Assembly (NCBI GenBank): GCA_038228545.1
Contig: JBBRPE010000001.1
Span: 46,924 to 110,923 of the forward strand
Length of the DNA: 64,000 nucleotides
Direction: 5' to 3'
Source of the DNA: Minisyncoccia bacterium
Lineage (GTDB): Bacteria > Patescibacteriota > Minisyncoccia > Phycocordibacterales > Phycocordibacteraceae
The first letter of the stretch is position 1; the number at the start of each line of letters is the position of its first letter. The translations under genes were made by a program, and so were the position numbers. This document shows positions 29,211 to 37,415 of this stretch, piece by piece. The notes under the pieces were generated by a model. The model had not been told where the DNA came from. It did no database searches and worked only from the letters and a program-made list of their open reading frames with translations.

Positions 29211-29440
29211 TGCCCTCGTCCACTCCTATTGGCTTTCCCGTCGCATCGCTTCCTATTGCACAGGTAGTACCTGTTTTCTTTTTCCTCGTGTTCTTCATCT
29301 GGGCAATCTACAGCGTGGTCGCTGCATTCCACTGGCTACGCTATAGCAACAACACGACAGTCGCACTGTCGGCTATCACCGTCCATATCATTGTGTCGGT
29401 ATGGCTCGCGATTTATACAGTAAGCGGTCTCGTGCACTAA
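29210..29440 (+). CDS. small two-TM membrane protein (hypothetical)
   Basis: 76 aa, hydrophobic. Confidence 0.4.
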   Translation: MPSSTPIGFPVASLPIAQVVPVFFFLVFFIWAIYSVVAAFHWLRYSNNTTVALSAITVHIIVSVWLAIYTVSGLVH

Positions 29441-29466
29441 CTCCTAAGAATATGATTACAAAACTT

Positions 29467-29554
29467 TCATGTGCGAGGCGCGGGAGAGCGAGGACTGGAG
29501 GCGTACTGCAGCGTACGATGAAAGTCATCGCTCCGACCCGCAACGAAGCAGGGG
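29467..29554 (+). repeat. 88-nt structured interspersed element, copy F
   Basis: tcatgtgcgaggcgcggg...aggcgtactgcagcgtacg...cccgcaacgaagcagggg. Confidence 0.7.
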
Positions 29555-29576
29555 AAGTTTTTAAGCCTATTCTTGT

Positions 29577-30176
29577 ATGGTAGACGTTGATATAGAACCG
29601 GGAGAAACCATAACCCGCTCAGTGCGTAAGCACTGGTTTATGCTTCTCGTAAGTCTGGTTCCCTTTGTTCTTTTGGCATGGCTGCCGTCCCTCTTTATTC
29701 CCTTCCTCCACTTTATTGCGAACTCCGTAGGAAATGCGCCAAACATTACGACCTTTACTATTCCTGATAACGGACTTGTCTGTTTGGTCTACGGCTTGTG
29801 GCTCATCATGCTCTGGAGCGCAGCGTTCAATACCGTCACACGCTACTACTTGAATCAGTGGATAATCACGACGACCCGTATCATTTCCATACAGCAGTAC
29901 GGGTTTTTCAGTCGCGAAGTGTCTTCCCTTCTTCTGGTGCGCGTGCAAGACGTTGACACCGATGTTGAAGGCATTTTCGGCACTCTCCTCGGCTATGGCC
30001 AACTCGAGGTGCAAAGCGCGGGCGAACAAGAGCATTTCATCATGGAAGACATTGCCGACCCCCAAGGCTTACGTGACTTGATAATGAAAGAGATTGCGGC
30101 CCTACACGCCGACGGCGTTGCCGTTGCCGGCCCCGGAATACAAACACAAGTCGCCGGTACACAAACGGGAGTATAA
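29577..30176 (+). CDS. bacterial PH-domain (YdbS/YdbT-like) membrane protein
   Basis: Two N-terminal TM helices followed by a bPH_2-like region. Confidence 0.55.
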   Translation: MVDVDIEPGETITRSVRKHWFMLLVSLVPFVLLAWLPSLFIPFLHFIANSVGNAPNITTFTIPDNGLVCLVYGLWLIMLWSAAFNTVTRYYLNQWIITTTRIISIQQYGFFSREVSSLLLVRVQDVDTDVEGIFGTLLGYGQLEVQSAGEQEHFIMEDIADPQGLRDLIMKEIAALHADGVAVAGPGIQTQVAGTQTGV

Positions 30177-30275
30177 AAGTTCAAGGGCCCGTCGCTGTTT
30201 GCGCCGGGCCCAAGAGAACAAAGCAGTACTGGAACAGTAGCGCGCCCGAAGCGCTAGGCGTCTTCGAGAACTCGC

Positions 30276-30683
30276 TCAGGGGCCAACTCGGCGCCCTTCA
30301 GGGTGTCGATCGCCGCCGACGTCGTGTTGTTCTGTTCGCCGGGAATCGATTCGACACTGACCTCCATGCCGAGAACGAACGCCTGGAACAGCACCTGGAC
30401 ATCGGGCCGATGGTCGAAACACCACGCCGTCGCGGTAGCCGGACAGCTCGATGTCTTCCTGCTGGAAGGTGGCAGGAGCGGTCGGGCCCACGCGCCAGTC
30501 GTTCTGACGATTGGGTGGGATGTTCGAAATGATCAGGCGGGTGCCGCAGTCGAGACAGACCGCCTCGTCCGGTTGGTCCGGGCTCACCAGACCGAGAGTG
30601 TGCTCGGTGAGCATCGAGGCCATCAGCTTGTCACCCACGCGCGCCTTCCGATTCTTGACGCCTTCAGCACTGTAATCGCACAT
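30276..30683 (-). pseudogene. GC-rich (~62%) ORF with apparent +1 frameshift at a TTT run (~30425); hypothetical zinc-ribbon protein
   Basis: Track frame: MCDYSAEGVKNRKARVGDKLMASMLTEHTLGLVSPDQPDEAVCLDCGTRLI...GYRDGVV, then an Arg/Gly-rich out-of-frame-looking tail. The +1 frame continues coherently as FDHRPDVQVLFQAFVLGMEVSVESIPGEQNNTTSAAIDTLKGAELAPERVLEDA. Confidence 0.35.
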
Positions 30684-30759
30684 GGCAATGTCCTTATAGT
30701 CCCCTGGTATGCATCGTGCTCCCAGCTGAGGGCGAGAATACTCCTTTCTAGGAGCTTGT

Positions 30760-31131
30760 CTAGTAATCGAGGCCGTTGAACGCTGTGATAGTGAGTGAAT
30801 CCCGAGTAACGCCGTCCAGACAACGGACATTTACCGAATACATTTTGTTTCCTTCTTTGTCGGTGCCCCAGGCAAACGACTCAACGCCACAATCAGGGCA
30901 GATGAGATGATGGATACTCTTCTTATTAAAAAGGTACGTCGTAAGTTCTTCCTCGGTCCCTTTCGTGAGCCGGAACGCGTCTGGAAGCACGAAATTAAGC
31001 AGGAGACCTTTCTTGTAACAGTGCGTACAATTGCACTCAATGACCTTGCCGAGGTCAGTATCAACTTCATACTGCACCCGTCCACAGTGACATCCTCCTG
31101 TGTAGGTTTTCATATGACGGCATAGTAGCAC
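30760..31131 (-). CDS. GFA-family (glutathione-dependent formaldehyde-activating/CENP-V-like) zinc protein
   Basis: GGCHCGRVQYEV ... ECNCTHC ... LICPDCGVESFAWG. Confidence 0.8.
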   Translation of the reverse strand: MLLCRHMKTYTGGCHCGRVQYEVDTDLGKVIECNCTHCYKKGLLLNFVLPDAFRLTKGTEEELTTYLFNKKSIHHLICPDCGVESFAWGTDKEGNKMYSVNVRCLDGVTRDSLTITAFNGLDY

Positions 31132-31157
31132 AGCCTCTTATTTGCTAAACTCCGACT

Positions 31158-32447
31158 ATGACCGACAAAGACAAGAAAGCTGCTCTCTCCACAGAATCCT
31201 ATAAAGGTGTCCGTGATTTCTATCCACACGAGTGGGCCCAGCTTCAGGCTGCGTTCGACATAATTCGTAAAAAACTCACTTCGTACGGCTACGAGGAATA
31301 CAATGCTTCCCCACTTGAGCCGTCCGAGCTTTATGAGAGTAAGACGAGTGAGGAAATTGTTAACGAGCAGACGTTTACGTTTACCGACCGTGGCGACCGT
31401 CGAGTGACGCTTCGTCCTGAGATGACTCCTACGCTTGCCCGCATGGTAGCTGCAAAGCGGCGGGAGCTTCAGTTCCCGGTACGTTGGTTTAACATTGGCA
31501 ATCGCTTCCGATACGAACGTCCACAGAAGGGACGATTGCGAGAATTTTTCCAGATAGACGTAGACCTCCTCGGTATTGCCGACAGCAAAGCTGATGGAGA
31601 AATCATCGTGATTGCTTCTGAAATGCTTAAAGCATTCGGCGCATTCGAGGGCGACTTTACCATTCGAATAAACTCGCGCGCGCTCCTTAATGCCGCGACT
31701 TCAGCGCTCGGCTACACCGAGGAAGAATCAAAGACGTATCTTCGCCTGCTTGACCGCAAAGATAAGATTTCAGCTGAGGAGTTTGAGACAGACCGAACAC
31801 CATTCCGTAAAGACGGTAAGGATGCACTCGAACTCATACTCGCTGGTGGAAACGTGGCCGTAGCGGATGAAAAAGCGAAACTCGATGACCTAATCGCAGC
31901 ACTTGAAGCTCGAGGTATGAATAACGTTGTCTTTGATGCCGGGATTGTGCGCGGCTTCCTCTACTACACCGGCACGGTGTTCGAGGTATATGACACAAAT
32001 CCAGAGAACCCGCGCGCCATGTTCGGTGGCGGACGGTATGACAATCTTGTTTCCCTTTTCGGAGGCGAGTCCATTCCGGCCATAGGTTTCGCAATGGGAG
32101 ATGTCGTTCTACTCGATTTCCTCACGACCCACGGCTACGCGCCAAAAGCATCGGGTGCACCGACCGTGTTCCTTGGCACGCCGTCAGACGCGGACATTGC
32201 TTCAGCACAAGAATTTGCCACAACTCTACGCGAAGGCGGGGTGAGTGTGATTGTGAACACGAGCGACAAGTCGCTCGGCGACCAAATCCGCGAGGCAGAC
32301 CGCCGCGACATTCCGTACTTTATTGCCTACGGCCAGAACGAACTTGAGAATGGCATCGTGAAGCTCAAGTCCGTAGCCACAGACGACCCTGACAAGGAAA
32401 TGACTGCGGCTGAAGCGCTTGTAATTCTTACAGAAACTCGCAATTAA
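31158..32447 (+). CDS. hisS: histidine--tRNA ligase
   Basis: Class II aaRS motifs; GVRDFYP; HisRS anticodon-binding C-terminus. Confidence 0.9.
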   Translation: MTDKDKKAALSTESYKGVRDFYPHEWAQLQAAFDIIRKKLTSYGYEEYNASPLEPSELYESKTSEEIVNEQTFTFTDRGDRRVTLRPEMTPTLARMVAAKRRELQFPVRWFNIGNRFRYERPQKGRLREFFQIDVDLLGIADSKADGEIIVIASEMLKAFGAFEGDFTIRINSRALLNAATSALGYTEEESKTYLRLLDRKDKISAEEFETDRTPFRKDGKDALELILAGGNVAVADEKAKLDDLIAALEARGMNNVVFDAGIVRGFLYYTGTVFEVYDTNPENPRAMFGGGRYDNLVSLFGGESIPAIGFAMGDVVLLDFLTTHGYAPKASGAPTVFLGTPSDADIASAQEFATTLREGGVSVIVNTSDKSLGDQIREADRRDIPYFIAYGQNELENGIVKLKSVATDDPDKEMTAAEALVILTETRN

Positions 32448-32473
32448 TTGTTTGAGAATGCGAATTAAAGGAT

Positions 32474-32561
32474 TCAGATGCGAGGCGTGGGCGAGTGGGC
32501 GAAGTAGACGTACTCATAGTACGGCGGATGAGGCCGCTGGGACCCACAACGACGCAGGTGG
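32474..32561 (+). repeat. 88-nt structured interspersed element, copy C
   Basis: tcagatgcgaggcgtggg...agacgtactcatagtacg...gggacccacaacgacgcaggtgg. Confidence 0.75.
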
Positions 32562-32578
32562 AACTTTACTACGTATTC

Positions 32579-33157
32579 ATGCGTGAGATTACTTTTGACA
32601 TCGAAACGCGGAACCTAATCCCCACCATGGGTCGTGGAGATATGACGCGTCTCGATTTAGCTATCGTCGCCATTCATGATTCTGAGACCGGAGAATATTC
32701 TTCCTATTCGCAAGAAGAACTTCCGAAGCTCTGGCCTATTATCGAGCAAGCAGACGTTCTCATTGGCTTCAACTCAGACTCGTTCGACATTCCTCTTTTA
32801 AATCATTACTACCCGGGCGATCTTACTCAGATTCGTTCGCTCGATTTACTCTCCGAAGTATATACAGCGCTCGGCCGACGCCTACGTTTGCAAAACCTCG
32901 CCGAAGCAACACTGGGCCATGGTAAATCCGCAGATGGTATTCAGTCCGTAAAGTGGTGGCAGGAAGGCCTGCACGATAAGGTTCGCGAGTACTGCATCCA
33001 GGATGTGAAAGTGACACGCGATATCTACGACTACGCACTTGAGCATGGCAAACTGAAATATAAGGACCTTCGCACGCTCAAAGAGATTAAGATTGATACG
33101 AGCAATTGGAAGACAGGCAGCGACCCGTCCGCCTTCACTCATACACTAGGGTTGTAA
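32579..33157 (+). CDS. DEDD-family 3'-5' exonuclease (RNase D/DnaQ-like fold)
   Basis: ITFDIETRNL (Exo I), LIGFNSDSFDIPLL (Exo II), YCIQDVKVTRDIY (Exo III). The track ORF start at 32495 reads through element C. Confidence 0.65.
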   Translation: MREITFDIETRNLIPTMGRGDMTRLDLAIVAIHDSETGEYSSYSQEELPKLWPIIEQADVLIGFNSDSFDIPLLNHYYPGDLTQIRSLDLLSEVYTALGRRLRLQNLAEATLGHGKSADGIQSVKWWQEGLHDKVREYCIQDVKVTRDIYDYALEHGKLKYKDLRTLKEIKIDTSNWKTGSDPSAFTHTLGL

Positions 33158-33246
33158 ACCCTGACCGGTTGTATTTTAGAAATATAGGCATAGGATTGGC
33201 TACTGGCGCACGGGTTGTTCGTGCACTGATCTTCGGGAGGACTACC

Positions 33247-33582
33247 ATGGCCACGCTTGGGATTACTATCCATGTTCCAATTGAAATCGAACCCGCAGTC
33301 CGGCGTCTCTGCCGGACTGCGGTGCACAAGCAGATTGCGCACTATCTGAAGCGCAGCGGCGCCAAGCACGAGCTCACGGTGGAGGCCCAGCCCAAAGAGG
33401 GCGGCAAAAACTACATCATCGCCGTGCTCGAGCTACCCTACATGCCCAACTGGGAAGACATCCCGGACATCGTGGGGTCGGTGCTCTCACATCTCATGAA
33501 CGGCGAATTCAACGTCGAGGTGCGAGACGCTCGCTCGGAGCAAACGCTCCCCTACACCCGAATCGACCTTAAGGCGGCCTAG
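33247..33582 (+). CDS. hypothetical protein, GC3-rich ORFan (~60% GC)
   Basis: gggagg RBS 7 nt upstream of the ATG. Composition is atypical for this genome. Confidence 0.45.
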   Translation: MATLGITIHVPIEIEPAVRRLCRTAVHKQIAHYLKRSGAKHELTVEAQPKEGGKNYIIAVLELPYMPNWEDIPDIVGSVLSHLMNGEFNVEVRDARSEQTLPYTRIDLKAA

Positions 33583-33609
33583 GGGACCGGGCCCGCCATC
33601 CTACCGAAG

Positions 33610-33645
33610 CCCTGCAGCCACGCGCTGCAGGGTCTTCATTTTTAT
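33610..33645 (+). terminator. intrinsic terminator
   Basis: ccctgcagc-cacgcg-ctgcaggg followed by tcttcattttta. Confidence 0.65.
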
Positions 33646-33657
33646 AGTTTATGACCA

Positions 33658-34380
33658 ATGGCGCGTGCTATCATTTTTTGCATGAAGCAGCCATTTTCCG
33701 TACGCGACCTTTTTATACCAGCCGCAATCATACTCGCTGGTATCATCCTCGCGTGCGCTATCTACGTCATACGAATTAGGCACACGGTAGTAACCGGCAC
33801 CGGAAACCCCGAGGCTGTACACGCTGTCACAACTACTGACCACATCATTGGAAATCCAAGCGCTCCGGTAGCTATTATTGAGTACGCAGATATCGACAGC
33901 TCATTCAGTAAGTCGTTCCAGATGACTATGGAACAACTCATGACAGGATACGCAAGCGGCGGAAAAGTGGTGTGGGTATATCGTCATTTCCCAGTGACAC
34001 AGCTACACCCGAATTCAGCTACGGATGCGCTTGCGGCTGAGTGTGCTGGCTCGCTTTCAACTCCTATCACCTTCTTCCATTTCATAGACGCAATGCAGAC
34101 ACTTGCTCCTGGAGATAACGAGTTTAACCCCAACCAATACGAATCAGTGGTGGCACAGTTCAGCATCAATAACGACTCGTTCAAGAAATGTATGACAGCT
34201 GGCTCGTTTACCAAGAAAATTCACGACGACTACGATAACGCCCTTGCTTCTGGTGCAACCGGTTCTCCTTTTGTGATTCTTCTTATTCATGGACAGAAGC
34301 CGGTTCCAATAAACGGCGCACTTCCCTACACATCGATGAAAAAGATTATTGACGATGCAATTACGAAGGCAGGAACATAG
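33658..34380 (+). CDS. DsbA-like thioredoxin-fold protein with the CxxC site replaced by SSFS; membrane-anchored
   Basis: VAIIEYADIDSSFSKSF aligns to the EFSDFQCPFCARF region of DsbA. KVVWVYRHFPVTQLHPNSATDALAAECAG matches the DSBA family core. Confidence 0.65.
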   Translation: MARAIIFCMKQPFSVRDLFIPAAIILAGIILACAIYVIRIRHTVVTGTGNPEAVHAVTTTDHIIGNPSAPVAIIEYADIDSSFSKSFQMTMEQLMTGYASGGKVVWVYRHFPVTQLHPNSATDALAAECAGSLSTPITFFHFIDAMQTLAPGDNEFNPNQYESVVAQFSINNDSFKKCMTAGSFTKKIHDDYDNALASGATGSPFVILLIHGQKPVPINGALPYTSMKKIIDDAITKAGT

Positions 34381-34382
34381 GT

Positions 34383-34931
34383 ATGGAAGGAATTGGGAAA
34401 CCTGCTGTACAGACCCAAGAGAAAGCGCGCCAGGCACGTGAAGGAATTCGAAATCAAATCTTTGACCAACTTGTTGCCGGACATGTTCTGGAAACTTTCC
34501 ATGATGATATTGTCGAAGCAGATATTTCCGAGGAAGCATATGGGGAAATAAGCGCCACCTTCGCACAACTTTCTGAAGAGAACAAACGTGCTGTGCTCGC
34601 CATACCTGCAGCACTTCGTACTAAGACGTTCGCAAAATATGCGAAGCGGTTACAAACGGGAGAACTGGACGGTACAGGTGTCGTGCTGGATATTCTTGAT
34701 GTATCAAAGCGAAATGGGTTCACTATAGGTTTCCACTTATCACCGTATGACGTAAAGCATGATAAAGACGGAGATTGGAAAATCCGTGGTACCGAAAAGG
34801 ATCATCGTCATAACGATTTGCCAATGGCGTACTATAGCCTCGACTATGCACACCGTTATTTAAAAAAGCCTGCTCAATTCCTGTATGTCATACGAGCTGG
34901 GCGAAAAGAGCGCTCACTACAGAGACAATGA
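34383..34931 (+). CDS. hypothetical protein
   Basis: 182-aa ORF in native composition, immediately after the dsbA-like gene. Confidence 0.45.
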   Translation: MEGIGKPAVQTQEKARQAREGIRNQIFDQLVAGHVLETFHDDIVEADISEEAYGEISATFAQLSEENKRAVLAIPAALRTKTFAKYAKRLQTGELDGTGVVLDILDVSKRNGFTIGFHLSPYDVKHDKDGDWKIRGTEKDHRHNDLPMAYYSLDYAHRYLKKPAQFLYVIRAGRKERSLQRQ

Positions 34932-35097
34932 CAGGAGCTGGGGACATGCGACCAGCCTTTCCATAGTCGATCAGATAGACATGCAGGCACTTGAAAAGGA
35001 AATAGACGACCGGTTCGCAGCACTAGAGAATAAGAAAAACGAAAAGGAGGACGCGCCGTAGTAGTGGCAGCGTCCTCCAGGTAGTGGTGTACTGTGA

Positions 35098-35331
35098 TCA
35101 ATCGTCATTCTCGCCCACCTCTTGGAAGTGGAAAGCGAGAATGCCATGGAAGTTCCCTTCGTCTCGCTCGAGATGGTCCATGACCCACTCCACGAGTTGC
35201 ACGCCCCCCGCAGTCTTAGCAGACTTTAGGAGCTCGTCGCGCTCCGGAACAGTCGTATGGCCGTCGGTCCGCAGCTGACTCGCCAGCTTTCTGTAATTGA
35301 CGAGCTCGGTAAACGAATCCTGCTTTCCCAT
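35098..35331 (-). CDS. hypothetical small acidic protein
   Basis: 77-aa ORF. An AT-rich promoter region lies upstream. Confidence 0.35.
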   Translation of the reverse strand: MGKQDSFTELVNYRKLASQLRTDGHTTVPERDELLKSAKTAGGVQLVEWVMDHLERDEGNFHGILAFHFQEVGENDD

Positions 35332-35419
35332 TGAAACCTCCTCTGTTTGGGTAGCATGTAACTATAGCACAGTATAAATATTTTGTCTATATTCTACGTT
35401 ATGTGAGACGTGGGAGATA

Positions 35420-35448
35420 TTGACAATATCCATATTTCAGGCTATTAT
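35420..35448 (+). promoter_or_regulatory. near-consensus sigma70-type promoter: TTGACA, 17-nt spacer, TATTAT
   Basis: ttgaca-atatccatatttcaggc-tattat, then an aagg RBS and the ATG at 35463. Confidence 0.5.
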
Positions 35449-35462
35449 ATATCTAAGGCCCT

Positions 35463-35999
35463 ATGACGGCTGCGTTCCAATTCCAGAGAGGGATATATCC
35501 AATGTTCGAGCGTCTCATGAATGCCATCACTGGCTTCAGCGTCGACGACTACACCGAGTATGATGTCTCCGTCGGTCTCTTCAAAAATGCCGACGAAGTC
35601 ATCGCGGGTTTCGCCAGGCACACACACGTGGTGGGTGCGTCAGCAGAACGGACGTTCAGAAGTCCTGAGTTCGTCTACTCCGAGCCCACAGACATCAAGC
35701 TCGTCTGTGTCACTCCCCGCCAGCTCGGCCTCAAGGCCGAATGCCAGCCGTGGGTGGTGCTCGCGAACGCCGTGAAGCAGGGTCTTGCACCCTGCCCGGA
35801 CGATGCCGCCGCCTGCATGATGATGCGCTGGGGTCTCTCGAGCCAGGGCCACCTCTTCGCCGTCCGGCACATCCAGAAAAAGATGTCCGGATGCTGGTTC
35901 ATGCAGACCAACATCGACCTCGGCTCGAGCGCGCTCGGTCTCTGGCATGGCCAGAGAGGGATTCCACTCGACAAGCTGATTTTCTTCCGTAAGCCCTAG
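35463..35999 (+). CDS. hypothetical protein, GC3-rich ORFan (island gene 1)
   Basis: 178 aa, ~60% GC, no recognisable family. Has its own promoter and terminator. Confidence 0.5.
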   Translation: MTAAFQFQRGIYPMFERLMNAITGFSVDDYTEYDVSVGLFKNADEVIAGFARHTHVVGASAERTFRSPEFVYSEPTDIKLVCVTPRQLGLKAECQPWVVLANAVKQGLAPCPDDAAACMMMRWGLSSQGHLFAVRHIQKKMSGCWFMQTNIDLGSSALGLWHGQRGIPLDKLIFFRKP

Positions 36000-36023
36000 T
36001 CGGCATTCGGACGAATCAGACAC

Positions 36024-36058
36024 CGCCCGGCCATTTCTGGCCGGGCGGATTCTTTTTA
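36024..36058 (+). terminator. intrinsic terminator for the 35463 gene
   Basis: ccgcccggcc-atttct-ggccgggcgg followed by attctttttata. Confidence 0.65.
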
Positions 36059-36067
36059 TACAAAGTG

Positions 36068-36110
36068 CAAAATATAAAAAATAGGCGCGCCGTATTCGGG
36101 CGCGCCTAGT
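36068..36110 (-). terminator. intrinsic terminator for the minus-strand DGQHR gene
   Basis: aggcgcgcc-gtattcg-ggcgcgcct, preceded on the plus strand by aaaatataaaaaat, which is a T-run on the minus strand. Confidence 0.6.
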
Positions 36111-36246
36111 ATAGGTACTCTAACGGAGTTTAGCTTTGGCCTGTTCGACCAGTTCCTCTCCGCGGGCGATGTTGTTCCGGACTTTTTTAAGCAGTTTCTG
36201 GGCTTCCTGCTTCAGACGGTCTTTGCCGTCAGTCCGGTAGGTGGGC

Positions 36247-37383
36247 TTAGCTCGCGATAGACGCCGGCGCTTCATCCTCGTCCTCCCCTTCATCAGAGGC
36301 GACGGCGGTGAAGCGGGAGAGGCGGTTTTCGACGCGCTTGCCGGAGTTGATGTGGTCGATCATCATCTCGGCCAGGGTGAACCAGGCCTTGCCGGACTGG
36401 CCCCCGAGGCGCATGACCTCGGGATCGTTGACCGGGAAGGTGGTGATCTTCTTGATCATCGGCCTGTTGACGCAGAGCTTTTGACCGTCCCAGAAGTCCT
36501 TGTGCTCGACGAGGACGTAGGCGAAGGCGCGCAGGAACGTGGTCCGCATGCAGGTCGCGCCAGACTTGAACGTGCGCCGACGGATGTTGAAGCACTCGTC
36601 GATGACATTGAAGAATGTACGGACGTTGCCCGTGAAGCGCCCCTTCTCCATCGTCGCCTGCGTCTTGTCGAGCGCGCTGACCAGCTGGTCGAACACCGTC
36701 GAGCGGCCGGGGCCGAACCGGGCGTTGATGAACCCGGCCGCCTTCAGTAGCAAGTTGGCGGTGATCAGCTGGTTTCCGGCCATCCGCTGTTGCCAGCAGA
36801 CGCGGCCGAACATCGGCGAGGTGCGTTCTTCTTCCGAGAAGGCATAGAGTTCGCCGATGGCGGGGCTCTTGTCCCTCATGTTGCGGAACAGAACGTTCGT
36901 CGACAGTTTGGTGCGGTAGAGATTGAGGGCCTTGAAGCGCTCGCTCTCCCACTCCTCGGTGGTGCTGAGATGGATCAGGCACCCCAAACGGGGGGACCGG
37001 CCCTTCTCGACGACCACCTTGCCGGCGGTGACCCGTTGCAGGCCGTCGATGATGTAGGTCGCGTCGCGCAGGTTGACGGTGCCGTCGGCGCACGTGTCGA
37101 AGTTATCGCCACGCATGCCGAGTTCGATGTCGGGCAGCACCTCGCCAGCCTCCATGACGGAGGTCAGCTCATTGATCTTCGACTCCGGCAGGATTTCCCG
37201 CTGGTAGCCGGCGACCATCAGATGCTGGAAGGATTTCGGATCGACCACCCCGCGAAGGATGATTTTGCCGTTGTCCCACGTGTCGAGCGAGACGGCGATG
37301 ATGTGAACGATCTGATTTTCGTTGGGCATGTGCCCCTCCTTGTTCTTACCTTGAGTAGCGTGTTGCTCCCAATAGGCGAACAT
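36247..37383 (-). CDS. DndB-like DGQHR / DUF262-type ParB-fold protein (island gene 2)
   Basis: AGYQRE ... VLPDIELGMRG ... YIIDGLQRVTAG follows the Y-QR / P-I-L-R / DGQ(H/Q)R motif series of DndB/DUF262. ~62% GC against a ~50% background. Confidence 0.6.
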   Translation of the reverse strand: MFAYWEQHATQGKNKEGHMPNENQIVHIIAVSLDTWDNGKIILRGVVDPKSFQHLMVAGYQREILPESKINELTSVMEAGEVLPDIELGMRGDNFDTCADGTVNLRDATYIIDGLQRVTAGKVVVEKGRSPRLGCLIHLSTTEEWESERFKALNLYRTKLSTNVLFRNMRDKSPAIGELYAFSEEERTSPMFGRVCWQQRMAGNQLITANLLLKAAGFINARFGPGRSTVFDQLVSALDKTQATMEKGRFTGNVRTFFNVIDECFNIRRRTFKSGATCMRTTFLRAFAYVLVEHKDFWDGQKLCVNRPMIKKITTFPVNDPEVMRLGGQSGKAWFTLAEMMIDHINSGKRVENRLSRFTAVASDEGEDEDEAPASIAS

Positions 37384-37386
37384 ACT

Positions 37387-37415
37387 TATATAACATGGAA
37401 CGTTACATAAGTCAA
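37387..37415 (-). promoter_or_regulatory. sigma70-like promoter (TTGACT-17-TATATA) placing the +1 site at or near the ATG: leaderless DGQHR transcript
   Basis: Minus strand ttgact-tatgtaacgttccatgt-tatata-agt-ATG. The -35 element overlaps the helicase stop codon. Confidence 0.4.

Noticed and set aside
30303-30779. Plus-strand 158-aa ORF in the high-GC segment
   Set aside because: It is less protein-like than the minus-strand frame and has no RBS. The minus frame has a zinc-ribbon CxxCG motif and an RBS.
32495-32578. 5' extension of the exonuclease ORF reading through 88-nt element copy C
   Set aside because: The open frame across the repeat is fortuitous. The other copies have stops in all frames. 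The conserved Exo I motif begins right after the internal Met.
36241-36300. Apparent 2-nt coordinate inconsistency around the DGQHR stop, and 10-nt inconsistency near nrdB
   Set aside because: Traced to an irregular displayed line length (line 36241 shows 58 nt), not to biology. ORF-track coordinates were used for CDS, and my own coordinates are flagged as approximate.
36293-37410. ORFs 36293-37093 (-, other frame), 36790-37410 (+) and 36241-36750 (+) overlapping the DGQHR gene
   Set aside because: High-GC DNA produces long open frames on all strands. Only the 36247-37383 frame has recognisable protein motifs and a start with a promoter.
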